In this document: positions 27,508 through 37,422 of the stretch, in pieces
Layout of the letters: every line of letters starts with the position of its first letter
How positions within the stretch are numbered: the stretch's first letter is position 1
Assembly: GCA_002923395.1 (NCBI GenBank)
Contig: BEIK01000004.1
Span: 1 to 61,534, forward strand
Length of the DNA stretch: 61,534 nucleotides
DNA from: a bacterium HR34
Lineage (GTDB): Bacteria > Patescibacteriota > Minisyncoccia > Minisyncoccales > HRBIN34
Reading direction: 5' to 3'
Notes under the pieces: generated by a model
The model's input: only the letters and a program-made list of their open reading frames with translations
What the model was told of the DNA's origin: nothing
The model's database searches: none
Position numbers and translations under genes: made by a program

Positions 27508-28704
27508 TTATCCATGCTCTGTAATTATATTTTTGATTTCGTTTGCGTTTGTGCTGGTGGCAAGTTTGATTGCGTTTTCTTTTCCATAGGTATGATCGAT
27601 TAGGGTGAATAAAAGTACAAAATTACTATTTAAATAACTTTCTATTAGTATAGTTTTTGTTTTTTCTGTATCGCCATCAAATTGGTTTTGTGCGACATCA
27701 TTTATGAATTTATTAAATACTTGCATATCATTTTTACCTATTTTTGAGTCTAAAATATTTTTATAATAAAATTCTTGTTTAATATTTCTATTGTTAAATA
27801 TTTTTTTTGCGGCAACTTGGAATAAGTTTCTTTTTATTCCTTCTGCAAATAATTCTTCGAACAATAAAAATAAATTTTTGATATTTCTAAAATTTACATA
27901 AAAGCCGCTTTTATATATAAAATCGCTTGATATTACTCCTTTTAATATTTCTTTTGAATCTACCAATATATTTTTAATTTCTTTCATGAGTTCTTCTGTT
28001 TCTTCTATATTTTCTGTATTTTTTGAATTTTCTTTGATATCTTCTTCATTTTTATTTTCGCTTTCTAGTATTTTATTTAAGGTTTTTTCAGTAAGAGAAT
28101 CTAATTGGTTTATTTTTGGTTTTTTTGATAAACGAGATACTAAATCATTTTTAAAAAATTCTATAAATTTTTTGACATAAGATTCATCTGTTTTATTTGT
28201 CAATTGTATTATTTGTCCTTTGGGGAGGCAGTGTATAAGTTCATGGAGTAAGACAGATAGAAAAGCTTCCTTAGATTTTTGTTTTTTTATAAAAATTGCG
28301 CGCCTCTCTCCTTTTATTAAAATAGAAATTCCCTCGCTTTCTTCTAATCCTTTTGGCAATTTTTCTAAATTGAAATCTTTTAATATACACACATTGCTTA
28401 ATAATTCTTTTAATTTCTCAATTTTTCGTTTATTTATTTGCGCAAATGGATTTTCTTTTATACCAAAAGAATATATTATATGTTGGTTTTTTGGGTTTGC
28501 TAATTCTTCAAGAAAATTCTTTAACCCTTCTATAATTTTTTCCTCATATTCTTCTTTTTCTAAAGAATATTCTTTTTTAATTTTTTCTATAAACTTATTG
28601 CATTCTTCTTCTGTGGAGAAATGAACTGTAGGATGTTCCAAAAAATTTTTCCGATCTTTTTCATTTCCATTATTATTTGGTGGTTTATAAGTTTCAAAAT
28701 TCAT
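27508..28704 (-). CDS. Hypothetical protein with a zincin-like HExxH motif
   Basis: LLHELIH and a distal EELFAE. Confidence 0.6.
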   Translation of the reverse strand: MNFETYKPPNNNGNEKDRKNFLEHPTVHFSTEEECNKFIEKIKKEYSLEKEEYEEKIIEGLKNFLEELANPKNQHIIYSFGIKENPFAQINKRKIEKLKELLSNVCILKDFNLEKLPKGLEESEGISILIKGERRAIFIKKQKSKEAFLSVLLHELIHCLPKGQIIQLTNKTDESYVKKFIEFFKNDLVSRLSKKPKINQLDSLTEKTLNKILESENKNEEDIKENSKNTENIEETEELMKEIKNILVDSKEILKGVISSDFIYKSGFYVNFRNIKNLFLLFEELFAEGIKRNLFQVAAKKIFNNRNIKQEFYYKNILDSKIGKNDMQVFNKFINDVAQNQFDGDTEKTKTILIESYLNSNFVLLFTLIDHTYGKENAIKLATSTNANEIKNIITEHG

Positions 28705-28765
28705 AATACCATTTTAATTTTTTGATTATTAAGATATAATTAATTCTATAATATAACTTTTTCCT

Positions 28766-29632
28766 ATGGACACCAAGAAATATTGCGAAGATGAATATTT
28801 AGACAGCCTTATTTACAAAATTTTCGCCGAAAAAGAAAAAGATCCTAAAAATAGGCAAATCCTTTTACAACTTTCAGACCAAGAGAAAGCGCACTATGAA
28901 TTTTGGAGAAAGTTTTTGCCGGATAATTATCAAGTAAAAAATCCTAGCCGTTTTAAGCTTGCTTGGATTTCTTTAATGAGGGTTATTTTTGGCTTAACTT
29001 TTACAATAAAATTTTTAGAGCTTCACGAAGAAAAAGTTATTAAAGAATACGAAAAAGATTTGCAGGAACTTGAAGGTGAAGATAAAAAGAAGTTAGAGGT
29101 AATTTTAGCCGAAGAAAAAGAGCACGAAAGATTTTTCATGGGGCAATTGCAGGAAAATAGGATAAAGTATCTTGGGTTTATTGTTTTGGGGTTGGCAGAT
29201 GCTATTGTGGAAATTACAGGTGTGCATGCTGGCTTTTTAGGAGTAACAGGAAGGACAGTTGTTGCTGGTGTTGCTGGCATTATAGTTGGGGTTTCCGCTG
29301 CTATATCTATGGCTTCGGCCGCTTTCCTTCAGGCAAAACAGGATAAAGAAAGATCTCCTTTAATTTCTGCTGGCCTAACTGGCGTTTCTTATATTTTAGC
29401 GGTTTTGATACTTGCTGTCCCTTATTTTTTAACAAGCAATATGGTGCTGGCTTTTATTGTTTCTGTATGGCTTGGCATTTTACTTATATTTTTCTTTAGT
29501 TTTTATGGCGCTATTGTCTTTGAAAGAAATTTTTTGAAAGAGTTTTTGGTGAGCGCCGGGCTAATGCTTGGAACAGCCTTTGCGACATATTTAATAGGTG
29601 AATATTTAGGCCATATGTTTAACTTAAGATAA
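28766..29632 (+). CDS. Ferritin/rubrerythrin-like domain + VIT1/CCC1 transporter
   Basis: E..D..IY, E..H, E..HE di-iron-type motifs, then VLGL.DA.VE..G and SMA. Confidence 0.85.
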   Translation: MDTKKYCEDEYLDSLIYKIFAEKEKDPKNRQILLQLSDQEKAHYEFWRKFLPDNYQVKNPSRFKLAWISLMRVIFGLTFTIKFLELHEEKVIKEYEKDLQELEGEDKKKLEVILAEEKEHERFFMGQLQENRIKYLGFIVLGLADAIVEITGVHAGFLGVTGRTVVAGVAGIIVGVSAAISMASAAFLQAKQDKERSPLISAGLTGVSYILAVLILAVPYFLTSNMVLAFIVSVWLGILLIFFFSFYGAIVFERNFLKEFLVSAGLMLGTAFATYLIGEYLGHMFNLR

Positions 29633-29637
29633 ATTTT

Positions 29638-29708
29638 CGGGCTGTAGGATAACGGTAGTCCGCTACCTTGGGGTGGTAGTAGACCGGGTTCAACTCCCGG
29701 CAGCCCGA
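29638..29708 (+). tRNA. tRNA-Pro(GGG)
   Basis: CGGGCTG/CAGCCCG acceptor stem, CTACC-TTGGGGT-GGTAG anticodon arm, CCGGG-TTCAACT-CCCGG T arm. Confidence 0.92.
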
Positions 29709-29761
29709 CAAAATTAGTTATGATTGATATTTTTCAATAAATATTAATATTAGATCAGCTT

Positions 29762-32320
29762 ATGGATATTTTTAGGTATTCAGTTAAAAATGTAGAGGAT
29801 GTGGCATTTGAATTTGGAGTTGATATCAAAAGTGGTTTGAGTAAAAAGGAATTTTTACAAAGGTATAAAAAGTTTGGCCCTAACAAATTGGATTTGAAGG
29901 GGGTCAGTCCCATTAATATTTTTTTGCGTCAGTTTAAATCTCCTTTTATCTATTTGTTATTTGGCGCAATGGTAGTTGCTATTAGTGTGGGAGAGTTGAT
30001 TGATAGTCTTATGATTTTTATTTTTTTGATGTTTAATACTTTGCTTGGTTTTTTCCAAGAATATACGTCAGAAAAAACGGCGCAGATGTTAAATAAATAT
30101 ATTTTGCCAAAAATAAAGGTATTGAGAGAAGGTAAAATTGAATGGGTTAGGGCTTATAAGTTGGTTCCTGGTGATATTATTATTTTGAAAGCAGGCGATA
30201 AGGTACCAGCCGACGTAAGACTAATAGAACAAGAAGATTTAAGCGTTGACGAATCTATTCTTACAGGAGAATCAGTGCCGGTACTCAAGACCACGAAACC
30301 CTTGAAAAGTATACCATCGTCTTACCATGAAGCTTCTAACTTGGTTTTTTCAGGAACATATGTTTTGAAAGGTAATGCTAAAGCAATTGTATTATTCACT
30401 GGTAGAAATACTGTTTTTGGCAGAATAGCTAAGCTTACAGTTGAATCTAAAAAAATAAGTGAATTTGAAAGAGATATATCACAATTTTCTAAATTTATTC
30501 TTAAGTTGGTTGGATTTGTAATATTAATAGTGTTTTTTGCTAATCTATTTATTAATCGAAGCGACGTAAACGTTTTTGATTTACTTATTTTTTCAATTGC
30601 TTTAACGGTAAGCGTAGTCCCAGAAGCGCTGCCACTAGTTATAACCTTTTCGCTTTCTCAAGGTGCTAGGCGTTTATCAAAGAAAAAAATTATTGTTAAA
30701 AGATTGTCAGCTGTCGAGGATTTAGGTTCTATAGAAGTTTTATGTAGCGATAAAACAGGAACTTTAACAGAGAATAAAATGAAAATTAAAAATATATTTT
30801 CCAATAACCCAGAAGAGACAATATGGTTAGCTAATCTCGCCTCATCATTTGAAGTAGAAAAGAAAATTGAACCCTTTGACATTGCTTTGGAAAATGCGCT
30901 TAGTCAAGAGCAAAAGATAAAAATTAAAAATTTCAAAAAAATAAAAGAAGAACCATTTGACCCAAAAACAAGAGAAAATATTGTGTTAGTTGATGATGGA
31001 GTAAACAAAATCTTTATTGAGAGAGGCGCGCCCGAAGTTATTCTTCCTAAATGCCACAACCTTAACGAAGATAATAAAGAAAAAATTTATAGGTGGATAA
31101 AACAAGAAGGGGAAAGGGGTTATCGTGTTTTGGCAGTTGGTTATAAAAAAATTTACAATAACAAAAAAGAATTTGATTTAATAGCCCTATCAAAAGCGGG
31201 GGGCCTTAATTTTTCAGGTATTATCTCGTTTACTGATTCAATTAAAAAAAGCGCTTTTGAGGTGGTTAAAAACGCAAGACAACTTGGTGTTAAGATAATA
31301 ATTCTAACCGGTGATAGACCAGAGGTTGCAGGAGCGGTGGCAAAAGAGATTGGGTTAATTGATTCGCCAGATAAAGTTATAAGCGGTGAACAATGGAAGG
31401 CTAGTTCTGAAAAACAGAAAGAGAAATATTTAGAAGAATATTCTGTTTTCGCTAGGGTTTCTCCTGAAGAAAAGTTTGATATTATTCAGATGTTGCGCAA
31501 AAGATATACAGTCGGCTTTTTGGGAGAAGGTATTAATGATGCTCCTGCTTTGAAAATTGCCGGCGTGTCTTTAGTTGTTGACAGTGCTGCTGATATTGCC
31601 AGGGAAGCAGCTGATATTATTTTGTTAAGAAATAATCTGCAGGTAGTTATCGATGGAATTAAGGAAGGACGTAAGGTCTTTGCTAATACAACAAAATATA
31701 TAAAAGCGACCCTATCTTCTAATTTTGGTAATTTTTTTGCGATTGCGACGGCTTCTCTTGTAGTTAATTTTTTACCTATGCTTCCAATTCAGATACTGTT
31801 GGTAAACTTATTAACGGATATGCCTCTAGTAGCCATTTCTACAGATAATGTTGATAAATCTGAGCTTAGGTCTCCAAAAAGATACGATGTTAAAGAAATA
31901 ATTATTGTTTCTATAATGTTAGGTGTGGTGAGCACGATTTTTGATTTTATGTTCTTTGGCCTTTTTCACCATATATCGCCAGAAGTTTTACAAACAAACT
32001 GGTTTATTGGGAGCGTTCTTACAGAACTGATTTTGATTTTTTCAATTAGAAGTAGGATGTTGTTTTTTAAATCATCTTTGCCGTCAAAATTTATAATTAT
32101 TTTAAGTATTATTATCTTTATTTTAACCCTTACAATTCCGTTTACTTCTATGGGGCAAGAAGTGTTTAGGTTTGTACCACCAACTATGGAGCACTTAGGT
32201 TTAATAATTTTATTGGTAGTCGCTTACTTTTTTTCATCGGAATTTGTAAAGTTCATGTATTATGATAGGATATATTATAGTGATAAAAAAATGTTAAATG
32301 GTAAAAATAGAAATAATTAA
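29762..32320 (+). CDS. P-type cation-transporting ATPase, MgtA-like
   Basis: TGES, PEALP, DKTGTLT, TGD, GEGINDAP, SNFGN. Confidence 0.9.
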   Translation: MDIFRYSVKNVEDVAFEFGVDIKSGLSKKEFLQRYKKFGPNKLDLKGVSPINIFLRQFKSPFIYLLFGAMVVAISVGELIDSLMIFIFLMFNTLLGFFQEYTSEKTAQMLNKYILPKIKVLREGKIEWVRAYKLVPGDIIILKAGDKVPADVRLIEQEDLSVDESILTGESVPVLKTTKPLKSIPSSYHEASNLVFSGTYVLKGNAKAIVLFTGRNTVFGRIAKLTVESKKISEFERDISQFSKFILKLVGFVILIVFFANLFINRSDVNVFDLLIFSIALTVSVVPEALPLVITFSLSQGARRLSKKKIIVKRLSAVEDLGSIEVLCSDKTGTLTENKMKIKNIFSNNPEETIWLANLASSFEVEKKIEPFDIALENALSQEQKIKIKNFKKIKEEPFDPKTRENIVLVDDGVNKIFIERGAPEVILPKCHNLNEDNKEKIYRWIKQEGERGYRVLAVGYKKIYNNKKEFDLIALSKAGGLNFSGIISFTDSIKKSAFEVVKNARQLGVKIIILTGDRPEVAGAVAKEIGLIDSPDKVISGEQWKASSEKQKEKYLEEYSVFARVSPEEKFDIIQMLRKRYTVGFLGEGINDAPALKIAGVSLVVDSAADIAREAADIILLRNNLQVVIDGIKEGRKVFANTTKYIKATLSSNFGNFFAIATASLVVNFLPMLPIQILLVNLLTDMPLVAISTDNVDKSELRSPKRYDVKEIIIVSIMLGVVSTIFDFMFFGLFHHISPEVLQTNWFIGSVLTELILIFSIRSRMLFFKSSLPSKFIIILSIIIFILTLTIPFTSMGQEVFRFVPPTMEHLGLIILLVVAYFFSSEFVKFMYYDRIYYSDKKMLNGKNRNN

Positions 32321-32339
32321 AGTTAGTGAATATTAAGCC

Positions 32340-33590
32340 ATGCAAAATAATTTTGAAAAATCATCTGCAGAGTATAAACAAGAAGAATCGGCGAGGAAGG
32401 AAGAAAGAGAAAAAATTGTTAATGAGATAGTTGAAAACCTTAAAAAAGCTCAAAAGGATGAAGCGAGTGTGGAGGATGTTATTTTGGGTTTGTCTGGTAT
32501 TGGAAGTCATGAATCAATTACATTAAGAAGAGAATTGCTGAGAGAATATAAAGGGGAATACAATGGACTTATTGCTAGAAGTTTAATTAATGTTGGGAAC
32601 GCCGAGTCTATGGAGTTAAGAAAGGAATTGCAAGATAAAGGAGTAGGGAGTAAGGAGATAGCTTTAAGTCTGACAGGGGTTATGACCTCTGAAGCAATGC
32701 TCTGGAGGCGTAAATTAATTCAAGAAGCGGTTGGCGAAAATAATTATAATTTATTGAAAAATATTGCCGAGAGTTTAGCAGGAATTGATACTACTGAAGC
32801 AAGGGAGTTGAGAGAGTTATTAAAAAGTAGTGGTTTAAAAAATGAAGACCTTATTTTAAGTTTCACAGGAATTAGTAACGAAGAGGCGATGGAATTTAGG
32901 TGGAAATTATTCAACGAAGCAGTAAAAGATAATAGAAGTTTTGATCTACTAAGAAACATTGCTTACAGTTTGGCTGGAGTAGATAATGATGATTCATTTG
33001 AGTTAAGAGAAAAATTGTTAGAAAAAATATCTCAAAATTATAGTAGTTACGAATACGACGCGTTAATGTCAATTGCTATGAGCTTGACTGGCGTTAAGTC
33101 TCAAAAATCAATAGATTTTAGAAAGAAATTGTTGAAGAAGTTTGGAGAAAGAGAGGTGAAACAGGAATTTCTTATTTTTTCTCTTTTAACTAGTTTAGCT
33201 GGAGTTGACAGCGATGAATCAATGAAATTAAGAGAAGAGTTATATGAACAATTTAAGACAACTGAATTTGAGTCTTCAGAGAGGTTTTTAGATAGTAGAG
33301 GATTTGATAGCTATACAGCTGATGAGAAAATAAAAGAAGGTTTACGCAAAGAAGGCATTAAATATCTGCTTTTTAATTTTGCAGCAAGCTTTGCTGGAGT
33401 AAATAACTCAAAAGCAGAAGAGTTAAAGAAAAAGTATTTTATTGATAATCCAGACATTTTCGACATTTTCACTAAAAGTAGTTTCACTGAGAGTATATCG
33501 TTTAAAGCAACTCTTATGGCTAAGAGTTATTTTACTGATCATTGGCCAATCTTCGACGCCATTGTTTGCCGTTATGGATACGAAAAATAG
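32340..33590 (+). CDS. Hypothetical helical-repeat protein (about 9 repeats)
   Basis: Repeated SL.G[VI]...E[AS]..[LF]R..L. Confidence 0.75.
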   Translation: MQNNFEKSSAEYKQEESARKEEREKIVNEIVENLKKAQKDEASVEDVILGLSGIGSHESITLRRELLREYKGEYNGLIARSLINVGNAESMELRKELQDKGVGSKEIALSLTGVMTSEAMLWRRKLIQEAVGENNYNLLKNIAESLAGIDTTEARELRELLKSSGLKNEDLILSFTGISNEEAMEFRWKLFNEAVKDNRSFDLLRNIAYSLAGVDNDDSFELREKLLEKISQNYSSYEYDALMSIAMSLTGVKSQKSIDFRKKLLKKFGEREVKQEFLIFSLLTSLAGVDSDESMKLREELYEQFKTTEFESSERFLDSRGFDSYTADEKIKEGLRKEGIKYLLFNFAASFAGVNNSKAEELKKKYFIDNPDIFDIFTKSSFTESISFKATLMAKSYFTDHWPIFDAIVCRYGYEK

Positions 33591-33729
33591 TTTCGGAGTT
33601 TGTTAATTTTAAAAGAATTATTTAAAATAGAGGTGTTTTCAGAGAGCCTCTTCTTTGGTAAGTTAAGACTTAATTTTGCGGACCGATTATTTTATAATAA
33701 TATAATTAATTATCAAAATTTTTTTATTT

Positions 33730-34761
33730 ATGGATATAGAAGAAATAAAAAGTTTAAAGCAAAAAGTCCAAGACGATATTAACAACGCATACGACTTTCA
33801 AAAATTAAATGAGGTTTTTGAATTTTATTTATTGAAAATAAAAGATTTTATAAAAAACTTAAAAGATTTACCTAAAGAGAAAAAGGCAGAATATGGAAGG
33901 GCTTTAAATGATTTAAATAAATTTTTAAGAGAGAAATATGAATTAAAAAAAGAACATCTTAAAGAGGCTTTAGCAACGAAAGAAGATTTTGATATAACAG
34001 CTAGTTTTTCAGAGTATAGTTTAGAAAAGACAGAGTTTTCTTTAGGTAAATATCATCCTCTTTATATTTTAGAAAAAGAAATAGAAAAAATATTTTTAAG
34101 TTTGGGATTTCAAGTTGCTCAAGGGCCTCATATTGAAACAGAATGGTACAATTTTGATGCTTTAAACTTGCCAGAGTATCATCCTGCAAGAGATTTATGG
34201 GACACATTTTGGCTCAAAAAAACAATAAATAAAGAAAGATTTTTAATGAGAACTCACACAAGTTCAGTTCAAATAAGGTTTATGGAAAACAACAAGCCTC
34301 CAATAAGGATAATTTCTCCAGGAAGAGTTTTTAGGTACGAGGCAACAGATTCTTCCCATGAGGTTAATTTTTATCAAGTGGAAGGTTTGATGGTGGACAA
34401 GAAAGTTTCAATAGCAGACTTTAAGTATATAATAAACGAATTTTTCAATGCTTTTTTTGGAGAAAAAATAAATATAAGATTGAGACCAAGTTATTTTCCT
34501 TTTGTTGAACCCGGGTTTGAAATAGATATAAAAAAGAAAAACGGCGATTGGCTAGAAGTTATGGGTGCTGGTTTGGTGCATCCCAATGTCTTTAAGGCAG
34601 TTGGCATAGATCCTGAAGAGTGGCAGGGTTTTGCTTTTGGAACAGGTTTGGATAGACTCGCTGTTATAAAATATGAAGTTGACGATGTTAGGTTGTTTTA
34701 TAATTCACACCCATATTTCAGAGGTTCAAATTTAGTATTTTTAGATAAGTTTAAAATATGA
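33730..34761 (+). CDS. pheS: Phenylalanine-tRNA ligase alpha subunit
   Basis: NFDALN.P..HPAR, RTHTS, F.QVEG, FPF.EP, GFAFG.G.DR. Confidence 0.97.
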   Translation: MDIEEIKSLKQKVQDDINNAYDFQKLNEVFEFYLLKIKDFIKNLKDLPKEKKAEYGRALNDLNKFLREKYELKKEHLKEALATKEDFDITASFSEYSLEKTEFSLGKYHPLYILEKEIEKIFLSLGFQVAQGPHIETEWYNFDALNLPEYHPARDLWDTFWLKKTINKERFLMRTHTSSVQIRFMENNKPPIRIISPGRVFRYEATDSSHEVNFYQVEGLMVDKKVSIADFKYIINEFFNAFFGEKINIRLRPSYFPFVEPGFEIDIKKKNGDWLEVMGAGLVHPNVFKAVGIDPEEWQGFAFGTGLDRLAVIKYEVDDVRLFYNSHPYFRGSNLVFLDKFKI

Positions 34762-36761
34762 TAGTTTCTTATAATTTTTTAAAAGAACTTATAATAGGAA
34801 AACTTCCACCCCCTGAGAAAGTTGCAGAGTCTTTAACAATGAAATCTTTTGAAGTCGAAGAGGTTATAAAAAAAGATGGCGATTATATTTTTAATATAGA
34901 TGTTTTGCCAAACAGGGCGCCAGATTGTTTGTCTCATATTGGTGTTGCGAGAGAAGTTTGCGCAATTTTCGGCTTAAAACTTAAAAGAGGTTTTGAAAAA
35001 GTAGAACTTCCGAAACCAAAAATTAAAAATAATTTTGTTGTTGAGGTTTTAGATAAAAATAAATGCAAAAAATATTGTTATGCTTTGATTGAAAATATAA
35101 AAGTTGGCGAGTCGCCAAAGTGGTTGAGGCAAAGAATTGAGAGTTTGGGGATGAACTCAATAAACAATGTTGTAGATGCTTTAAATTATGTTATGGTGAA
35201 AATTGGCCAGCCATTGCATGCTTTTGACGCTGATAAACTTTTTTCTAATAAAATTATTGTAAGAAACAGCAAAAAAGGAGATAAGATTATAACTTTGGAT
35301 AACAAAGAAATTATTTTACCAGAAGATGTTCTTTTAATATGCGATGAAAAAGATATATTGGCAATAGCAGGAATAAAAGGAGGTAAAAAAGCAGAGGTTG
35401 ACAAGAGTACAAAAAGAATAGTGATTGAAAGCGCCAACTTTGACTTTATATCAATTCACAGGGCCTCAAAAAAAATAAACTTGCACACAGACGCTTCCTT
35501 AAGGTTCAAAAACAATGTTCCAGATGAGTTTGCCGAATTTGGAATAAAAGAGGCCATTAAAATAATTTTGGAATTAGCAGGAGGCGAGAATTCTGATGTT
35601 AAAGTTTTGAATTATATTAAGAAGAAAAAAAGTAAGGAAATAAAAGTTAGCAAAACATATATAGATACAAGAATAGGTGAAAGTTTACCAAAAAATAAAA
35701 TTATCTCTATTTTAAAGTCGCTTGAGTTTTTTGTAAAAACTAAAAAGGATTATTTTGTTGTAAGACCGCCTTATTTTAGAAAAGATATTGAAATAAAAGA
35801 AGATGTTGTGGAAGAAATTGCGAGAATTTATGGTTTTGAAAATATAAAACCTTCATCTCCAACTGTTAAAGTGAGAACTATTTTAGAAGACGAAAAAGAA
35901 AAGTTAAAAAACAAACTTTGTGAATTCTTTGTTAAAAATGGGTTTTACCAAACAAGGTTATATTCTTTTATTGGAGAAAAAGAAGTCGAAAAGTTTGGCT
36001 TAAATAAAAATGATTTAGTTGAACTAGAAAACCCAATGTCAGAGAACATAAAATACTTGAGAAATAGTTTGTTGTGGAATTTGTATAATTTTTACAAAGA
36101 AAACAATAATCCCGCCTCATACTTAGAAAGAAAGTTAAAGTCAATCAAAATTTTTGAAATAGATAAAGTTTACTTTTTAGACAAAGGAAAGTTTGTTGAG
36201 AAAGATAATTTTGCCGGAATATTTTATGTAAAAGATTTTGGAGTAGAGAAGATGTCGCGTGTGTTTAGCAGATTTTTGTTTGATATGTTTTTTGACTTTT
36301 TTAAGATTAATAGAAATGACTTAAGTTTTGAAAAAATTAAAAATAACTTTTTAGAAGGATGCGATGTTTATATAAAAGGTAAAAAGGTTGGTTTGGTTGG
36401 GTTGTTAAAAGGTGAGTGTTTTTGTTTTGAGTTTGACTTTGCGAGTTTTGTTAATTTAAATTATGAGAAAGTGGAGCCTGTTTTGAGCAAATACCCGATT
36501 GCTACAAGAGACATCTGCGTTGTTGCGCCAAAAGATGAATTGTCGTTTAATATAGAGAAAGAAATTTTCAACTGCGATAAATTAATAGAAGATATTTTTG
36601 TAAAAGATGTTTATTACTCAGAGAATGGCGAAGTGAAACACGTTACTTTTACGCTTATTTTGAGAGACAGAAACAAAACTTTAGAAGATAAAGAATTAGA
36701 TTTGGTGCAGGAGAAAATAGAAAAATATTTGCTGGAGAAAGCATATAAGATTAAAAAATAA
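34758..36761 (+). CDS. pheT: Phenylalanine-tRNA ligase beta subunit, lacking the OB-fold insert
   Basis: PNRAPDCLSH.G.ARE, QP.HAFD, EEIARIYG, C-terminal anticodon-binding domain (RDI). Confidence 0.95.
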   Translation: MIVSYNFLKELIIGKLPPPEKVAESLTMKSFEVEEVIKKDGDYIFNIDVLPNRAPDCLSHIGVAREVCAIFGLKLKRGFEKVELPKPKIKNNFVVEVLDKNKCKKYCYALIENIKVGESPKWLRQRIESLGMNSINNVVDALNYVMVKIGQPLHAFDADKLFSNKIIVRNSKKGDKIITLDNKEIILPEDVLLICDEKDILAIAGIKGGKKAEVDKSTKRIVIESANFDFISIHRASKKINLHTDASLRFKNNVPDEFAEFGIKEAIKIILELAGGENSDVKVLNYIKKKKSKEIKVSKTYIDTRIGESLPKNKIISILKSLEFFVKTKKDYFVVRPPYFRKDIEIKEDVVEEIARIYGFENIKPSSPTVKVRTILEDEKEKLKNKLCEFFVKNGFYQTRLYSFIGEKEVEKFGLNKNDLVELENPMSENIKYLRNSLLWNLYNFYKENNNPASYLERKLKSIKIFEIDKVYFLDKGKFVEKDNFAGIFYVKDFGVEKMSRVFSRFLFDMFFDFFKINRNDLSFEKIKNNFLEGCDVYIKGKKVGLVGLLKGECFCFEFDFASFVNLNYEKVEPVLSKYPIATRDICVVAPKDELSFNIEKEIFNCDKLIEDIFVKDVYYSENGEVKHVTFTLILRDRNKTLEDKELDLVQEKIEKYLLEKAYKIKK

Positions 36762-36857
36762 TTAGTTTAGAACAGTTATAAGCATTTTTGTTCTATAAGC
36801 ATTTTATTTTGTCTGTTTTGCTTTAAGAAGATGAATCTTTTCATCTTTTCTAATATT

Positions 36858-36899
36858 GGCCATTCCAAACGTTCACGATCGTGAACGTTTGGAATGGCC
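36858..36899. repeat. Palindrome copy 2, extended to a perfect 42 bp
   Basis: GGCCATT + 28-bp core (36865-36892) + AATGGCC. Confidence 0.95.
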
Positions 36900-37041
36900 T
36901 TACTTTTTTACTATTTTTTATATTTTTAATTTATTACTAATATTAAAACTATTTGTTGTTGGTTTATTGAGATTATTTGTGAATTTTAAAATTGGAAATT
37001 TTAGTGATTGTGTTGTATAATTAAAATATAAGTTAAAAACT

Positions 37042-37422
37042 ATGGAGTTTTTTGAACGTTTTTTTCCTAATAATAAAAAACAGGAATACAAAATATTAAA
37101 TATATTAAACCTTTATACAGAAAAAGAAAAAAGTGGATTACGCAATAAAACAGAGAACATAATAAGAGAAATCTTTCCTGGTGATGAAGGCTCTCAAGTT
37201 GCTGCTTTAAATATTATTGATTTAATATTTAAAAATAATGGAGGAATTAGCGAAACAGACATTGAAAATTATAATAAGGAGATTGTAGACAAATTAATTA
37301 AAAATTTTATAATATTTGAAGGTTTAGGTGAAAATGGTAGGAAGCAATATTTTTTAGATATAGACAACATCCAAAAATATAAACTTGAAAACGAACAAGA
37401 TGAGCAAAGAAATAGAGAGTAA
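37042..37422 (+). CDS. Hypothetical protein
   Basis: 126-aa ORF overlapping the gyrB start. Confidence 0.6.
   Translation: MEFFERFFPNNKKQEYKILNILNLYTEKEKSGLRNKTENIIREIFPGDEGSQVAALNIIDLIFKNNGGISETDIENYNKEIVDKLIKNFIIFEGLGENGRKQYFLDIDNIQKYKLENEQDEQRNRE

Noticed and set aside
33591-33729. T-box leader before pheS
   Set aside because: No T-box consensus, terminator or specifier stem visible; the region is short.
36858-36910. Palindrome family as simple intrinsic terminators
   Set aside because: Plausible only for the copy after pheT; the other three lie between divergent genes with no convergent transcript.
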